NCBI GenBank assembly: GCA_964426185.1 | Contig: CAYRPF010000007.1 | Location: 1-17,549, forward strand | Reading direction: 5' to 3' | Source: an uncultured archaeon | GTDB lineage: Archaea > Asgardarchaeota > Lokiarchaeia > Sigyniarchaeales > Promethearchaeaceae | DNA: 17,549 nt | Shown here: piece after piece, positions 15,952-17,549 of the stretch | Numbering within the stretch: the first letter of the stretch is position 1 | How the letters are laid out: each line of letters starts with the position of its first letter | Translations under genes and position numbers: made by a program | Notes under the pieces: model-generated | What the model was told of the DNA's origin: nothing | Databases searched by the model: none | The model's input: only the letters and a program-made list of their open reading frames with translations

Positions 15952-17367
15952 ATGGAACGATTAAAAGAATTAAAAAATGATATTTATAAATGCATTCATT
16001 GTAAAGCTTGCTATTTCGCTTACTCGGGAGATCCTAATCGAGATGGAATTGGAGAATATACCGGAAACACGGGAAATAGCGTTTTGTATGAAGGAATGGT
16101 CTATGCATGTCCAGCAGGTATTGAATTCGGTTGGGAAGCATATTGGAATGCTGGAAAAATGTGGATTGCACGCGCCGTGCTTGAAGGTGATTTAGATTTA
16201 AAAACACAAGGTCAAGAAATTGCAGACGTTCTTTATCCATGTATAACATGTGGAATGTGCGCTGCACAATGTGAAAACCAAATTCGCACAGTTGATATTA
16301 TTGAAGCTTTACGTGCAGCACTCATCAAATCCGGGTTGAAACCACTTCCTAAACATGCATGGATGCAAAACGCATCTAAAACTAAAAATAATCCTTATGG
16401 TGGGGCGAAAAATGAACGTACAAAATGGGCAACCGATTCGGGATTTGGTAATATTCTGAATAAAAATGCAAAAATCGCTTATTTTGTTGGATGCACAGCA
16501 TCTTATCGGCAGAAAAACATTGCAGTCGCTACGGCCGATTTAATGAACAAAATCGGATACGACATTACAGTTCTTGACGATGAGATATGTTGTGGTTCAC
16601 CATTTTTCCGAACTGGGTTAATGGAAGAAGCAAAGCGGAATATGAATCACAATTTAGAAATATTTGATAAATACGATATAATTATATTCAGCTGTGCGGG
16701 ATGTTACCGAACCTTCACCATTGATTACCCTAAGTGGACCAAAAAGCCAAATAATTTCAAAACTCTTCATGCCATGGAACTTATTTCTGAAATGATTGCT
16801 GAAAATAAAATTAAGCTGAAGAAAAGTCCTGAACTTGATGGAAAAGTAGTCACATACCATGATCCTTGTCATACTGGTAGACATTATGGTGAATGGTTCA
16901 AAGAGCGGATCATCGAGAAATCAAGCAACCTAATGCTGGATTTGCGCAAGTTGAACCAAGTTTTGGATGAATGGTTTGAAATTCCACGCCGAATTATCAA
17001 AGCGATACCTGGTATTACTTTCAACGAAATGTATCGTATTAAAATGGATTCTTTCTGCTGTGGTGCGGGTGGCGGTGTTCGTGCCCAATATCCAGAGTTT
17101 AGCATTAAAACTGCACATCTAAGAATGGATGAAGGCGATGCTGTTGGTGCAGATATAATGTTGACAGAATGTCCTTTCTGTTGGCGAAATTTATATGATG
17201 CTAACAAGGATTATAATCATGGTAAGCAAGTTTTGACAATTTTGGAAATGATCAGCAAGTATGACTTGATTGAAAATGTGGAGAAGATTCCGATTGAGAA
17301 CGCTTTGCGGGAGAACCACGTTGGAAAGATTATTGAAAGCATTGGCAAAAAGAAACCAAAGAAGTAG
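15952..17367 (+). CDS. HdrD/GlpC/GlcF-like Fe-S oxidoreductase (2x[4Fe-4S] ferredoxin-like domain plus two CCG domains)
   Basis: CIHCKAC...CP and CITCGMCAAQC; CCG domain 1 YFVGC/EICCGSP/SCAGC; CCG domain 2 TYHDPCH/FCCGAGGG/TECPFC. ATG 15952 follows SD AGGTGA (15941-15946), preferred over TTG 15937. Confidence 0.93.
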   Translation: MERLKELKNDIYKCIHCKACYFAYSGDPNRDGIGEYTGNTGNSVLYEGMVYACPAGIEFGWEAYWNAGKMWIARAVLEGDLDLKTQGQEIADVLYPCITCGMCAAQCENQIRTVDIIEALRAALIKSGLKPLPKHAWMQNASKTKNNPYGGAKNERTKWATDSGFGNILNKNAKIAYFVGCTASYRQKNIAVATADLMNKIGYDITVLDDEICCGSPFFRTGLMEEAKRNMNHNLEIFDKYDIIIFSCAGCYRTFTIDYPKWTKKPNNFKTLHAMELISEMIAENKIKLKKSPELDGKVVTYHDPCHTGRHYGEWFKERIIEKSSNLMLDLRKLNQVLDEWFEIPRRIIKAIPGITFNEMYRIKMDSFCCGAGGGVRAQYPEFSIKTAHLRMDEGDAVGADIMLTECPFCWRNLYDANKDYNHGKQVLTILEMISKYDLIENVEKIPIENALRENHVGKIIESIGKKKPKK

Positions 17368-17391
17368 GATTACTATTATTCAAGAAATAGA

Positions 17392-17409
17392 TTTTTTTTA
17401 CTATTTTTT
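17392..17409 (+). terminator. Tandem oligo-T tracts, probable archaeal terminator of the flavoprotein/Fe-S operon
   Basis: Two T runs 25-42 nt downstream of stop 17367. Confidence 0.45.
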
Positions 17410-17549
17410 AAAATGCAGCAAAACTCCATTTTCTTAACCAGTAAAAATGGTAGTACCCGAATAATTCATCTTATTTTACCATTACATTGTAATATTGTGC
17501 CATATGTCAACCATTTGATGATTACTAAGATTGTAAATCATACAACAAC

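Noticed and set aside
14063-17207. Short ORFs 14063..14293, 14550..14732, 15235..15459, 15977..16195, 16034..16267, 16654..16884, 16884..17207 and 16930..17118
   Set aside because: All overlap strongly supported CDSs in other frames or strands and show no recognisable features
15952-17367. Selenocysteine recoding in the Hdr-like protein or other genes
   Set aside because: All expected Cys ligands are encoded as Cys, the ORF is uninterrupted and ends in TAG, and the TGA-ending genes in the window look complete

Overview
AT-rich archaeal chromosomal segment with 14 credible CDSs and no RNA genes, CRISPR or mobile elements that I can support. Several features point to an Asgard archaeon (Lokiarchaeia-like; inference, species not determinable): a Rab-like small GTPase without a prenylation tail, a TrmB-type regulator, longin-like, PCI/winged-helix-like and HEAT proteins, a giant multi-PAS protein and archaeal GGTGA-type Shine-Dalgarno motifs. 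Gene order: alpha/beta hydrolase (+); longin/uDENN-like helical protein (-); helical/winged-helix protein (+); C2H2 zinc finger (-); YjbQ (+); CDP-alcohol phosphatidyltransferase (+); PP-loop-like CxxC protein (-); TrmB-like regulator (-); Rab-like GTPase (-); 2-TM membrane protein (+); HEAT protein (-); 1438-aa PAS/GAF sensor with no output domain (+); VAO/PCMH-like FAD oxidoreductase (+); HdrD/GlpC-like Fe-S protein (+). The best candidate for an undescribed system is an apparent operon in which the Rab-like GTPase directly abuts a TrmB-like transcription factor, followed by a PP-loop enzyme, with a palindrome placed over the predicted transcription start. Also notable are the output-less PAS/GAF protein, a phenol-oxidase-like flavoprotein paired with an HdrD-like subunit, and a tandem dyad repeat in the divergent promoter between the longin-like and winged-helix genes. 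All domain calls are by-eye motif recognition, not database searches.
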